NCBI RefSeq assembly: GCF_026571515.1
Contig: NW_026854547.1
Coordinates: 1-64,000 of the forward strand
Reading direction: 5' to 3'
DNA: 64,000 bases
Origin: Ruditapes philippinarum
Taxonomy: Eukaryota
Shown here in pieces: positions 39,901 through 52,609 of this stretch. Position 1 is the stretch's first letter, and every line of letters starts with the position of its first letter. The notes under the pieces are model-generated. The model was not told the DNA's origin. It did not search any database and saw only the letters and a program-made list of their open reading frames with translations. The position numbers were made by a program, and so were the translations under genes.

Positions 39901-41792
39901 GGTCAGGAAATGAGTGTTATTACACGACATCACACTGGCCATTGCTTTCGCAGAGCGATTGGTCCACCGCAGCGGCGGTGGAGTATTTGTCGTAGAAGCG
40001 GTGAAAAATGGCTGTTTGTTGCTGTCGGTTAGTTCATGGCTGAATTTTACTTTATGTTTAAATGTTTTACTGGAAACGCCCAGTGAGACAGAAGCCTATA
40101 TATGTACTCTTCCAACTTATCACACGCATTTTCAATTGTAGGATATTGGAAGCGGAACTCGGACATCTATTTGTATATACAACTTTATTGTATTAAACAC
40201 CAAATGTACACGTTTTGCTGGTGTCAAAGCAATTTACGATTGTACTCAATTGAAAAAGTGCCCCAAAACAGTTTTATTGGTATCAGGTCCACTGCATTGC
40301 GTTCCAATCGAATCCACTGTCGTCTGCGTTGTACGTTATCATTTTCTTTTATAAACAGCAATAACAATTTCTTAAATTTTTAAAAATGGTTGATTGTGAA
40401 TGTATCATACATACGATGCGATGCCAGTGTATTAAGGAGTCGCTTTGTTCACATTTGCAAAATTAGGCAAAAGTGGCGTCCCCTCGTCAAACTGTACATA
40501 AGTGCCAGTATAAAAGGCAGTGTGCATGATATAAGTTGGAAAAGTACACACGTTGGCTTCTTTCGCAATTAGCGTTTCCAATAAAACGTTTATCGTAAAT
40601 TTCAGTCATAAACTTACCAACAACAGCAAACGGCCATTTTTTCCACCGCGTCTGCGACAAATACTCCACCGCGAAAGATATGGCCAGTGTGGTCATGTAA
40701 CGAGCGAAATAACTGGTAAGGTAAGAAAGTAGTAAAGGCCAAATGACAAAAATAACAAGTGTTAATAAATAATATGCACGTGTTCTTACCATAACATCTA
40801 ACTACAATATTTCTTAAACAATTGATTAACTTCCTGAGGTAACTCGTTGTAACAAAGTCATACGATAAACAGTACATGTTTCTCTGATAGGCTAGAGTAA
40901 TAGTTTATTTTTTACCTTGGAACAAGTTCGTTTGTGTTTTGCATGTCGATTAATACAGGTCTAACTGATCCCTGCGTAATCAAATGAAATATATTACATT
41001 GTTGTACAAAAATTGACAAGCAATAAGTTACTGGATCTATTGTTCTCCTTAACTTATGCTATGTTATTCTCAACTTAAAGATATTGTTTCAATAGCTAAC
41101 TCATAGTTATTTTTATGATGTTATGCTATGTTATAATTACAATGATACAAAAGTAATAGAATATTTACCCTTTTCAAAGAAAGCTCTCCTTTGATTATTC
41201 TCAAGACGGAATTGACGCTGTACTGAGTTTGATCCAAATAACAGAGCATGACAGTCATGGTTCTCTTTACTTGTTTCTTGTAATTCTGCTATTGACTTAC
41301 GCAGGTCTTGATTTGACCTCTTTAACTCTGTATTGGTTTTACGTAGGTCTTCGATTTCAGTACCTTGAGCAGCGATTTCAGTACCTTGAGCAGCAACTGA
41401 AAATAAATATTTGTCGCAAATACTAAAATTATGATGCAATGTGCTGGTATATACAAAAAACATATATGTATCATCTGCTCTAGCAGTGAGTAAAAAAGAT
41501 CTATGCTGGTATTGATAGCTTACAGGAAATTAGTCACAATCAAATGATATTTTACCGTTCAAACGCTTAAAACCATTGCCTCCTCCTTTGTACATACCAC
41601 TGATTCTTTTCCTTGAGATAAAAACAAAGAATAATATACTTCATAAACGTGATAAATATCTTTATTACCTTTATCTTCCATGTGTTGCAATCTCTTTAAA
41701 ACGTTTTCTATGTCATGTGGAATCTCAGAACATAAAGCATTTTGAATGACAAGCAAACTTGCAAAGAGCGGTAAAGTTATATTCCACTTCAT
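30990..41792 (-). CDS. Secreted C1q-domain-containing protein (signal peptide, coiled coil, gC1q; 3 exons, 266 aa)
   Basis: Exons 41792-41669 (MKWNITLPLFASLLVIQNALCS...), 41396-41169 (coiled coil) and 31438-30990 (EKSKRF...PVAFTA...IKFETVITDIGGGYNNQSGMFVAPVSGIYVFS...GDQIWV...YSTFSGYLL). Phase-1 GT-AG introns join in frame to 801 nt. Confidence 0.9.
31600..34368 (+). repeat. 23-bp minisatellite, ~120 copies, consensus CA(G/C)TTCAATAA(C/T)GATAGTCAGTA
   Basis: Period 23 read directly. The left edge is degenerate and the array resumes briefly at 39819-39870. Confidence 0.97.
35137..38150. mobile_element. Unclassified DNA transposon with ~480-bp TIRs and 5-bp TSD
   Basis: 35137-~35620 is inverted against ~37673-38150. 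Termini are CAATGGTAGG / CCTACCATTG. TSD ACTAC at 35132-36 and 38151-55. Each arm has four ATGCTCCCAC(T/G)(C/T)GGAC-type motifs. Confidence 0.9.
38390..38892. mobile_element. Fold-back MITE nested in the Harbinger-like element
   Basis: AGATTTTTGACAGGT...ATAACCCGAGCCGC...GTTATATTGC is inverted against GCAATATAAC...GCGGCTCGGGTTAT...ACCTGTCAAAAATCT. Confidence 0.6.
39920..40700. mobile_element. MITE with ~100-130-bp imperfect TIRs
   Basis: CACACTGGCCAT...CGGTGGAGTATTTGTCG...AAAAATGGC is inverted against GCCATTTTT...CGACAAATACTCCACCG...ATGGCCAGTGTG. TSD not clear. Confidence 0.7.
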
Positions 41793-41900
41793 TGGCAATT
41801 TCTGTTTTTCTTCCGATCTACTAATTACAAAGAACGATTTAAGTTTTACTCGCGTGTCGTTTAAGTTTATTTATGTAGCACTAAAGATATGTAAAAGTTA

Positions 41901-42657
41901 GGCCGTGTCTACACCTATTCAAGTTTCTTACATGTCACATTTAGATAAGCTAAATATATGGCCCTTTCAACATTTTTTTCAGGCACAATTTTTACTAAAA
42001 TGTCTCATTAAGTTTGCCCAGGATTTATATCTTTGTCTTTGCAATACTATCATGTTTCTGTAAAATATGTGAAAAAAGCGGGAAAATGATGCAATTAGCT
42101 AAAACAGAATGGAGTAAATGAAATGCGTTCATTCTTTTTTAAAATTGAAAAATGTGACAAAAATCTATTTTGATGAAAATTCTTTATTTGATGAAAGTTA
42201 TTCACTAAATGAACAAGATCATTTTAAATCCATTTTGACTCTACTTGAAAAAGAGCTCTTTTTTATTTTTTTACAATGTATTTATTTATTTTTATTTATT
42301 TTTTGCTCTTCTGTGTATCAGCGTATTGATTTGTTCCTTTGACCAAGACATTGTAATCATTTACTGAAATTCAAAGGGCAAGTACACTGAATCAACAATA
42401 AAAAGTCAGAAAATAATAAAATTAACAGCACTATCAAACCTTCGGACACATGTTTTGTGTCAAATTGGTGTTATCAGTGTCTTGACAGCCAAAAATTTGT
42501 AGAAAAATAGAACGTGTTCTAACTTTCTTGCAAGGAATTTTCTTCTTGGATGTCACATAATTTCTCTTTAAAACTCATTCAAGTAGGGTGTCTACACTAT
42601 CCAATACAAGAGACTATGATACTTGCATTCAAAACTTGGATAGGTGTAGACGGGCCC
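41901..42657. mobile_element. PIF/Harbinger-type MITE in the C1qDC / SORD-like copy 4 intergenic region
   Basis: TIRs GGCCGTGTCTACACCTATTCAAGTTT / AAACTTGGATAGGTGTAGACGGGCCC, flanked by TTA on both sides. Confidence 0.75.
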
Positions 42658-43770
42658 TTAGATAACAGCATTAAATTGAGGCAATGCTGTTGACAGATTT
42701 ATAGATAAATTTTGGGAGATTTTCTTGTGCCAGTCAGATGGTAAACATTGACATTTTCATAGAGCATCTGGTCGTGCATATAGTAACTGATCAACTGTGA
42801 GCTCTGATGAACAGAACATTAAAATTCTGCAATTTTACTTTTTCGCGCATTTTTTTAATAAAAACTGAAATACATCTTTTTTAAAAATGCTGGTAAAACA
42901 AAGGAGGATTGCAGTAAATATTTAAAATTATTTTGAGTAATAAAGGCACTTTTGAGTTCATTGAAATTTTGCTGTTTTTTCATGTTTGGAACCTAATATA
43001 TCTTATATTCTATAGTTTTTTGTCATCATCTTTTTATAAAAATGGAAAAATTTTCCTACAACCTAATAGTATAACAATAAATTGGTCTAAAATGATAACC
43101 TAAATAAAATGTCCTATCTTCAGTCGTTGAATTTTGAAATATGTTTCATATGTTTCTTACTTGTTTGTTTATTTGTATCTCTTCAAACAATTGTCTATTG
43201 GTACATGATGGTGTATTTTTCTGCACTTGTACAGAAGTTGTCAACACCAGATGAAAAAAGTTAATGTATTTGAAGAAGTAATAAGTTATCTATGCAAGCC
43301 GTTTAATATTGCCGTTTATTTATTTAATCATGTAGAGATAAGAAAAAGTAAATAATGAACAGTAAGAGATCGTCAGATATTTGACAAATCAAAATGAAAA
43401 GTTGCTAAAACGCTGAATGATCAAGAATAATTATTAAAACTGTTGGACAAGGAAACCACGATAAGTACACATATACAGAATCTCCGCTGTATTATTGTTA
43501 GTGGACAACTACAAAGTTTTCTCAAATTACAGCCTTTGGGTCAAATGTTGCCCGCGGGGTGTGGGGCCTATCAAGGATTTTCGTTTTATATTAAGTTGTT
43601 TGGGGTTCAAGATATTTTGTTATATTACTAAACATGTAGAGATGTCTCCATTTTCAAACTGCTGTAATGATAAACAAGATATCAGATGTATGGCATGCAC
43701 TTATCATTGATGCATGGGATAGACATAACTGTGCATGAACATAAACTTTTTATTATAATACCATATTAAT

Positions 43771-46700
43771 ATGTCTGGAGGAAATTTAAGAGCCGTATTT
43801 TATGGTATACAAGATATTCGTTTGGTAAGTTGTAATTTCCATATCTTTCATATTTTGATAGTAAATGTATTTCTTTTTCTTAACATATATATAGTATCCT
43901 TCTTTTTAACACAAAGATAACACACATATATGTACGTTTAACTTGCAGGTCGTCACTAATATAAGTCAACAAGGACAAACTTTGTCGAACTAACTTAAAC
44001 ATAAACATAGTTTGCATAATATTGTCTAATATTCACTTCAAACAATTTTACATGTAAATACAATATAATCGGGCACATGTGGTCTTCCTCCTCCGGGGAT
44101 AGTTGTAAACTCGCCACATGCAATCACCTCAACAGTGTCTTTGCATTTAAAACCCAACCAAATTAATCTAGATCCGACTAATTTACTATTAGTATTTGCG
44201 TAACAATGTACGTATATATGCTTTCATATTGTTTTAACATGTCACTATTTATTTTTTAACATTTTTACCAGAGAGATGAACAGATACCAGAGCCAGGCCC
44301 AGGACGTTTGTATTTCTTCTTACTTTTTATAAATTATTCAATTATTGAATGTATGTAGCAACATCATATGTCCACAAAAAATCTCAAACTGTGTATGAAT
44401 TTCAATAATATTATATTTCTATGCAAATATGACAAAAACTTTGTATGCAAATATGACAATAACTTATATGCAAATATGATAAAAAAAAACGCTTGTATTA
44501 AAATGATAAATTAAATATACAATTTATGATATCTAATGACAAAAAAGTGAAGTATCTGCTGAGCAACACCTTTTAAAAGAACAAGACTTGCTGAGGGGTG
44601 TTGCTTTAGAGAGGTTTAATTAATTTTGAAATCTGATTTTGGACGAATTGATACGGTCTGTTGTAAAGAGGTTATTTCTTTACAGATGACCACTCAGCAG
44701 AGGTTACATAGCATGACGATGATTAAAAATAGAATGATTAGCTCATGGACCTAAAAAAACAACATTTTACAGCATCGCCATTTCTTGAAAATTGCGAACG
44801 TTTATTTGTTAATCAAAACCGTACTATGGAGGGTTTTTGTCACTGTTTTATTTCTTAAAAACGCTACAATAAAAAATATAACTATATAATATAAATATGC
44901 CAGAGGTAATGGCAAGAAGCGTTATCATTTTAAAAAAATATTGCAGAAATACAAATCCGTGTAGAAAATGTTGGAATATGTGGTTCGGATTTAACTTTCT
45001 GGAACCACAACAGAATTCCGGACTGTGTGGAAGGTAAAGATCCCTTTGGTATAGGACATGAGGGTGCAGGCGTTGTGTCGAAGCTAGGGGAAGGAGTCAC
45101 TTCCCTAAAGATTGGTAATTTACATGTGCATTATTTTTACATGCATTACCTTCATAATTGCACGTAATGATTGTTATATGAAAGTGACATTATGTTCTTT
45201 TTTCATTTTCAAGTTCAACTGCATTGGCTATATACATGTACATGTACTGTTAAAATGGTGACTGGTTAACCGTTGATATCAGAAAATGTTTAGGATAAAA
45301 TATAAATCTACCTAAGTATATAAGAAAGACTGCCCACTCTTTATAAATTGAATGTTACAGGTAAATTTCAATGGATTTCTACAGAAACTTCTGGAACAAG
45401 TGATTTATGTATCGTTCAGCAGTAAATCACTACAGACTTTATGGCCAAATGCAAACTTTCTTTTTAGCTCGACTATACGAAATATATGGAGAGCTGTCCT
45501 GCTCGCCCCGGTCCAGATTTCAGATTTAAGTTTTGGTGCAGTAAAATATTTTCACTATAACATTTTCATTTCTTAAGGTACCAATATTTATAGATTTATC
45601 TGCCCTTGAACTTTAAGAATTTTCTTAAAAAAATTAGTTTTTACTATAACTTTTTCATTTCTTAAGGTATCAACTTCAAACTTCAAATATATGTTCCTTA
45701 TCATCAACCACATCTTATGTGACAAGGTTCATAACTCTCTTGCATCAATATTTTCAGATTTGTCTACCCTTGAACTTAGAATTTTCCTTAACAAATATGA
45801 TCTTTTACTGTTACTTCTTTATTTCTTAAGGGATCAACTTAAAACTTGAAATATAATTATGTTCCTTATCATTAACCACATCTTATATGACAAGGTTCAT
45901 AACTCTAGCACCAATATTGCAAGAATTATCTCCCCATTTACTTAGATTTTTTTTTCTTTAAAAATGTTATTTTTTTTCTATAACTTCTTTAGTTTTAAAG
46001 GTATCTACCTCAAACTTCAAATACCAGATCTTATGTGACAAGGTTCATAACTCTTGAAGCAATATTTTCAGATTTATCTCTCTTTCAGCTTAGAATTTTC
46101 TTTAAGAAAATATTATAAATTCTTTACTTTTAAAGGTATCTTCTTCAAGCTTCAAATATATATTTCTTATCATTACACACATGTTGTGTGACAAGGTCCA
46201 TAACTCTATTTTGACTATTTCCAGAATTATTCCCCCTTGAACTTGGAATTTATGGTAACAACCTTAACTTTTGTCATAAGAAGAAATATATTTATATCAT
46301 AATTGATTTTTCTTTCATAGTTTTGTCTTCTTCCTTACTGCGTGCAGTATTTAATTAGTCGAGCTTTGCTGTCTCCTGTGACAGCTATTGTTCCCCTTGG
46401 ATGGCATAATGTCACTTTAAGTTTATTTATACTCGCCACCGGTTGCACATAAGGGCGAGTCCTCCAGAAGAGAATTAGTCATTTCAAATTTTGTAGGATA
46501 GTGCAAGACACAGATTCAGAAAGATAACCAAATGCCAGAAGCTTCTACTGGTTCTTTTTATTGTGCCAAGTGTTTAAGCACTCATAAACGGAACCACGAT
46601 TTAAAGTCTCATCCGAAAGACTGATTAGTTGGCCAGCCCGGGAATCGAACCCACAATGTCGAGTTTACAAGTCTCGCGCTCTAACCTATTCAGCTAAGTG

Positions 46701-49066
46701 GGCTGGTTATTCGAAGATGTATAATAACATCACAATATATATTAAGGTGACAAGGTTGCAATGGATCCATTGTCAAGCTGTGAAAGGTGCTACGATTGTA
46801 AAACAGGACGGTACAATTTATGTGAGAAACTATCCATATGCGGTTCCCCAGCAAAATGGGGCTACATGACAAGATATTTCGTCGAAGAAGCTAAATGTTG
46901 TTTTAGGTAAGGCGTATAAAAATCTGTAAAAGGAAAATAGAAAAAAACACATTATATATCTGTTGTTCCATTAAAAAGATTGTACATGTATATTGTAATT
47001 TTATATTTAGATAATACATATTTTGTAAATTTCATGTTCGATAAATGTGTCAAATCGAAACATTTTAATAGCATTTGAATTGACTTTACAAACTTATCAT
47101 TTGTTCATTAAAATGTCTTTGATTACTGTTCCAATAATAATTATGTTGTATTTTCTATCTTTGACGTTAAGTGTGTGTCGAATTTAAGACCGTTTAAACA
47201 AATTAATTCCAGTTTATGCAATAGAGATAATTTTTAGGTTACCAGACCACATAAGTACAGAGGAAGGTGCTATGATCGAGCCTCTTGCTGTCGCCCTACA
47301 TGGATGTCGCCGTGCTGGAGTGTCTGCTGGAAGTAACGTCCTCATAACTGGAGCAGGTACAGCATTGTGTCACATAAAAACTTATAACAATAGATCTAAT
47401 TGTTTGCGTTCTTAGTGAGATTGACTTACCCTATTTTGAATTTAGAACATTCCGTCATCAATATGAAGCATAGTACAAGTAAAACTCAAGTTGTTTATCA
47501 GAGGTAGATATAAAGACTGCACAGACTGTCTAGAAGGGCAGACTAGCTTAACTTTAGGGAAACTGTTTTGCAGTTTCAGATCAAGCAAAGTCATGTAATA
47601 GGCCCAGCACATTGACAAAGTTTTGATGTAAAAACTGAACGAGCATTGAACAGTTTTATGATATGACAAACATTGATATATTGCAAAGTTACGTTTAGTC
47701 ACATGATATTTGTTGTAACATAGTGAGCGAGCGAGTGAGTGAGTGAGTGAGGCTACAAATAATTTAATGTCATTTCATTTTCAGGTCCTATAGGACTACT
47801 GTCAATGAAGGGCGCCAGGGCGCTTGGTGCCTCAAACATTTGTGTAACAGGTTTGTATTTGTCTTCTCACATGTTTACTTTCTATGAATAGAAACGAATA
47901 TCAAGAGCAATATATAATAAACTATAAGGATATTGTCTAAGGCGTCTTACAAACTTATATAGACAGTCAGTTAATTCAGATTTCCTTGTGAAAAAAGATT
48001 AAAAAGATTTATGTTTTGTAATGTTCGTGCTACTTGACCAATATATCTATATATCCGCCTGTAAATAGTTGAAATGTTAAAGTTCTTTATTCATTAAAAC
48101 GATTCTGATACTTTAGCTATATCTGGTTTGGTTATCTTTGTATATAATTTCGTGTACGACTTCATCACTTTAATTATTGCAGATGTTAATGAAACTCGTG
48201 TAAAACTGGCAAAGCAGTTAGGAGCTGATTATGCTCTAGACGTGACATCAAAAGGAGCATTGGAAATTGAAAAAATGGTAGAGGAGTGTTTTGGAGAGAA
48301 GCCTCACATGACAATAGAGTGCAGTGGAGCACCGACTGCCATTCAAGCAGCCATAAGGGTAAATAATTTAATGTGAATTAGGTTCTGTCTAATGTGTGTC
48401 TTGTGTCACTCTTCAAACTCGTAACTGATTGTTTAATATGAAATGTCACGCAACGAAGTTATTTATATGACTGAAAATGACCTAAAAACAACTTATAAGT
48501 TAGAGATTTCGATATATATTGCAAATTAAATATAGAAAAGGTTAATGTGATATGTATAACATCTGTGATTTAGGTTTTCTGTTTTCTTCAAGTCTACAAG
48601 AAATGGTGGCCGTGTTTCGCAGATCGCACTAGGGGAAGGAAATGTCACAATACCGATGATTAACGCCTCCTTTAGGGAGGTCGATATCTTAGGGATTAGG
48701 TCAAACCTGTATTGTACCCCATTGGCACTGGACCTTGTTGCTTCCGGTAAATACCCTTTACTTGTAATTTTTGTAAGTGTATATTCATTCGTTCAAAATA
48801 TAGATTAGTTTATATTCAAGCTCTGACAATTTCTTATAATGTTCCTGTATATTCACTTAACCAATGTCGCACACGTCCTTTTGGTGAAACGTTTTGTATT
48901 AAAGTAGCCTGGCATATATTTATTAATTGTGATTATATTTTCAGGTCAGATAGACGTTAAACCTCTTGTTACACATAGATTTGATTTGGAAGATGTCGCA
49001 GAAGCTTTTAAAAAGGCAAACACACGTGATTGTGGGAAGGTCATGGTCAGATGTAACATGGACTAA
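43771..49066 (+). CDS. SORD-like zinc MDR dehydrogenase, copy 4 (9 exons, 350 aa)
   Basis: Exons 43771-43824, 44272-44305, 44947-45114, 46747-46906, 47238-47356, 47785-47850, 48183-48358, 48593-48746 and 48945-49066. Same lengths and phases as copies 2-3, with an open frame. Confidence 0.95.
45461..46392 (+). mobile_element. Helentron-associated (HINE-like) element
   Basis: Subterminal inverted repeats AGCTCGACT / AGTCGAGCT, internal ~150-170-bp repeats containing GACAAGGTTCATAACTCT, 3' hairpin GCTGTC-tcctgt-GACAGC and T-rich ends. Confidence 0.8.
46420..46708 (-). mobile_element. tRNA-derived SINE with V-domain-like core
   Basis: Minus strand TAGCTGAATAGGTTAGAGC...GGTTCGATTCCC, then GTCTTTCGGATGAGACTTTAAATCGTGGTTCC, which is V-SINE-like. 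Confidence 0.8.
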
Positions 49067-50204
49067 TCATATTCTTGAAACCTCCGACTGTAATAACAAA
49101 TTAAACAAAACTAGCATTAACATTTCATCCAGATCATCTGTTCAAATGTGAACGAATTTAGTGTTTATAACAAAATATATCTTATTGAACTGAGTTTCAA
49201 AAATAGAATATTTTGATTTTTGACCAAAGTATTATTTTGTTTGCTCATCTGAGCACAAAGAACTATTAATAAAAGCTTTTAAGGCAGATGGATGTCGGTG
49301 GCGGTGTTTGTCAACAAGTCTCTTAAACCATAGGACCAAATTTGTTTGAACTTGTCAGGGAGATTCGTTCACAGAGATTCGTTCTCTAAGATTTTCGGAG
49401 AAAAACATTCAGCTATTGCTAGTCATGTGGTCCAGAAACTTTAACAAAAATAAGTCAAAAAAATTTATGAATTGTCTTAAAACATGAACACCACATGACA
49501 AGGCCTTCAAGAAGACCATACAGAACTTGACCTTCACTTCAAGGTCAAATGTTTGATTTTTTTGCCATAATTGACAATAACTTTGTAATTGATCAATAGA
49601 TTGTCTTTTACATGGACACAACAATCCTTTGTTTGGGCATGACCTACAAACATATTAAATTGATTTGACCTTCACTCATCAATGACCTTGACGGTCAAAT
49701 TATTGAATTAAGCTCAGATTGTACTTTGTTTTCTATTTACATACTTGGTTTATAGAACCCTTAAGACAAAACCCAGATAATCAGTCATTCAAATACGATC
49801 TTGGCCTTATCTGACCTTGACTATCAATGTCAAATTATTCAAATTTGCTAAAATTTTCAAAACTTTATGTAATCAATATTTGGACAAAAAAAAACCCGGC
49901 AAAACCAACATGCTGAATTATTCTTTTTAATTTACTTTGCCCGTCAAGGTCATATTTTTAAAACTTGCTTAGTCATAACTTTTTGTTTTTTCTGTACAGA
50001 TTTGATTTATACTTGGACAAAAGAACAAATGTGACAAAACCAACATGTTGAATTATTCACTTATGACCTTTTCATTTTTAAATGAACTTGATGAACATGT
50101 AGTCAAATTATAAAATTAAGCAAAAACTGCCATAACTTTTTTATTGATGGATACAATTTATATTGAAACAAATGAAATATTATGAAAGAATTGACAATTT
50201 GAAA

Positions 50205-50740
50205 CAAAACAAGAACTGTCGGAGGACAATAACGCTTGACTATTCGAAAAGTTGTCACAAGGGTGTTTCATTGAGAATAATAATGCTTACCTATATGAAT
50301 ACATAAAATTGTCCGAAAAGGTACAAAGGCTTGCTATTACGATGTTTTATCAAGTTAATCTCTGCTTTATTATTATTGCATAAAATTGTGCCAAAAAAGG
50401 CACAAACACTTCAGTAGTTATGGAGATATCAGCTTACAATCAAAAACTTTACCTAGAATTTCTAAGTCGAAAAAGGGGCATCATTATGGAAAGAAACAAA
50501 CCAGAGTTATGGGACTTGTGCCAATCATGTAAGATAATCACAGAGAACAAATGTGTGAACTTTCAATCGATTCCCTTCAGTAGTTATGGAGATACCAGCT
50601 TACATGCAAAGAATTTTTAAGTCGAAAAAGGGGCATAATTATGCAAAAAAGAAAATTAGAGTTATGGGACCTGTGCCAATTATCTCAGATAATCACAGAG
50701 AACAAGTGTGTGAAGTTTTAATCCATTCCCTTCAGTAGAT
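50205..50740 (-). mobile_element. Truncated HINE-like element
   Basis: Reverse-complemented 3' end AGTCAAGCG..TGTCCTCCGACAGTTCTTGTT and two ~157-bp repeats (AAAAAGGGGCAT...AGAGTTATGGGAC). Confidence 0.65.
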
Positions 50741-52066
50741 TATTCTGCGAATAGTCGAGCTAAAAATGACCATGACCTAAAATAACATGGACTGTTTAGG
50801 TCATTCATGTCTTCCATAAATGGCAAAATTGTTAGGCCATGGCTTTCCAAATGTTGCAGACATATTTTTTTGTAGGGTTCTAACCAGTAGGGGACTTTGT
50901 ATTGCTTGCAATAATTTGACAATTGCTTAATATAATATTTACCTTTATATTAACATACCTTGTGCAAAAATTTCCCTTTAAGTGAAAGCAAATGAAACGA
51001 AACATGTTTGTATATTATATTTGTTTAATTATTAACAAAATACACAGTACATGAATTTATCAAATATACAAACAAATATGCATTTTTATTATAATTATAT
51101 AGAATATACAAGTACATATATACATGTATATGTTCATTATGGCCTTTTAACATTTTCATATATCATAGTACATATCATTGCAAGATCACCTGGTGTAACA
51201 ATATTTAAAATTTATCGGTTACCTTTTGCAAGTTGTGAAATAAAAGGAAACAACATAATGGTTATGCTTCATAGAAATCAAACAACATCTAATGATACAT
51301 CCCTATCTTCCCTCACACACTATACAATGAGGTCTACAAAATGCTGAACCTTTTCCCAATGCTTTCAGTATAACACTATTAAATTATACTCTGAATAAAA
51401 GAAAACAACATCAAAGCACAAAGCAGCTGGTTACCTTACATGAAGTTTACATACACTTTATATGAAGTTTATACATGTGTAACAAAGGCTGGTCACATTT
51501 CAGGTTTTATTCAAAATGTTATTTAACAAAACAACAAATAGTATCAATTCAGAAATATTTACAACAACTGGTCAAAGTTAAAGCTAAACTTATGGAGCCA
51601 AAACCTGATAGTATTGAGACATTGGTAAAAATCATGAGCCAAAGCAACTTATCACCAACAAGCAAAAGCTAATCATTCTCACAGAGTTGTATTTGATCGA
51701 TTCACAAGATAATTACTGCCATAGAATGAATATTTACATAAGCACATTTTAATAAAGAGGGAGATTTGTCCTCCTAGATAGTCATGCTGAATCATTTCAT
51801 CAATATGCACGAGTCAGAATAATCTAAGAATAAGGGTTTTACCCAGAGCACAAGTGGTGAAGTTATTGTTGAATTCTTGAAAAACAGGAGGAAACTAGAA
51901 ATGTGTGTGAAAGACACAGACACTCCCGCTATATATGTTAGGACATCAAATAATATGAATAAAGATGTTACAACAGGACAGATACTAAATACTTTTTCTA
52001 ACTACAAAATACCTTGATGTGTGACACTATCTCATCATGCTCAACATTTGTGCCAAGTTAATTTAA

Positions 52067-52110
52067 CCTTTTATCTCATATATACATGAAACAACGCACT
52101 TTCGACCCGC

Positions 52111-52141
<31 letters not shown>

Positions 52142-52609
52142 TCCCTCTTTTAAGCCTCAAATAGTGAAAAAATGTCCTGTTTGGGCCCAAAACACATGTT
52201 TTCGTTTGAGAAATGTTGTTAAAAAAAGTGACCCCAGGAAAATTTTGGACTTGTGAGAGGCTAAAAATGACCCCAGATCGATCATAAGGTAACGTGTAAC
52301 CAACGCTAAAAAGCATTTGACTCTATCTCAATCCATTGAGAAGTTGTAGCAGTTTGAAATCGATTTTGATGGAAAAAATCAACGCAAAAATGGTTATTCT
52401 TTGCAATTTTGAGATGTCCCCTCGTTGCCATGGTAACAGGAAATTTAAGCCTGAGCATGTTGTTACAAAGGCAATGGTCCAGTCAACATTTGTGCCAAGT
52501 TTGATTAGTATTAAAGCAGTTTTTATAGTATTATAGCAATTTGAACTTGTAACGGGAGACTTTTCAATGAAAACAGCCATTTTTCACAAAATGCCCATGA
52601 AGTAATTGG
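52067..52609 (+). mobile_element. piggyBac-like MITE, copy A
   Basis: TTAA on both sides (52063-66, 52610-13) and high identity to the copies at 56787 and 57721. Confidence 0.85.

Noticed and set aside
46630-46708. Functional tRNA genes here and at 3759-3840 and 26428-26510
   Set aside because: Acceptor and anticodon stems pair poorly. The 46630 and 26428 heads continue into SINE bodies, and the 3759 one is a bare degenerate head inside a MITE.
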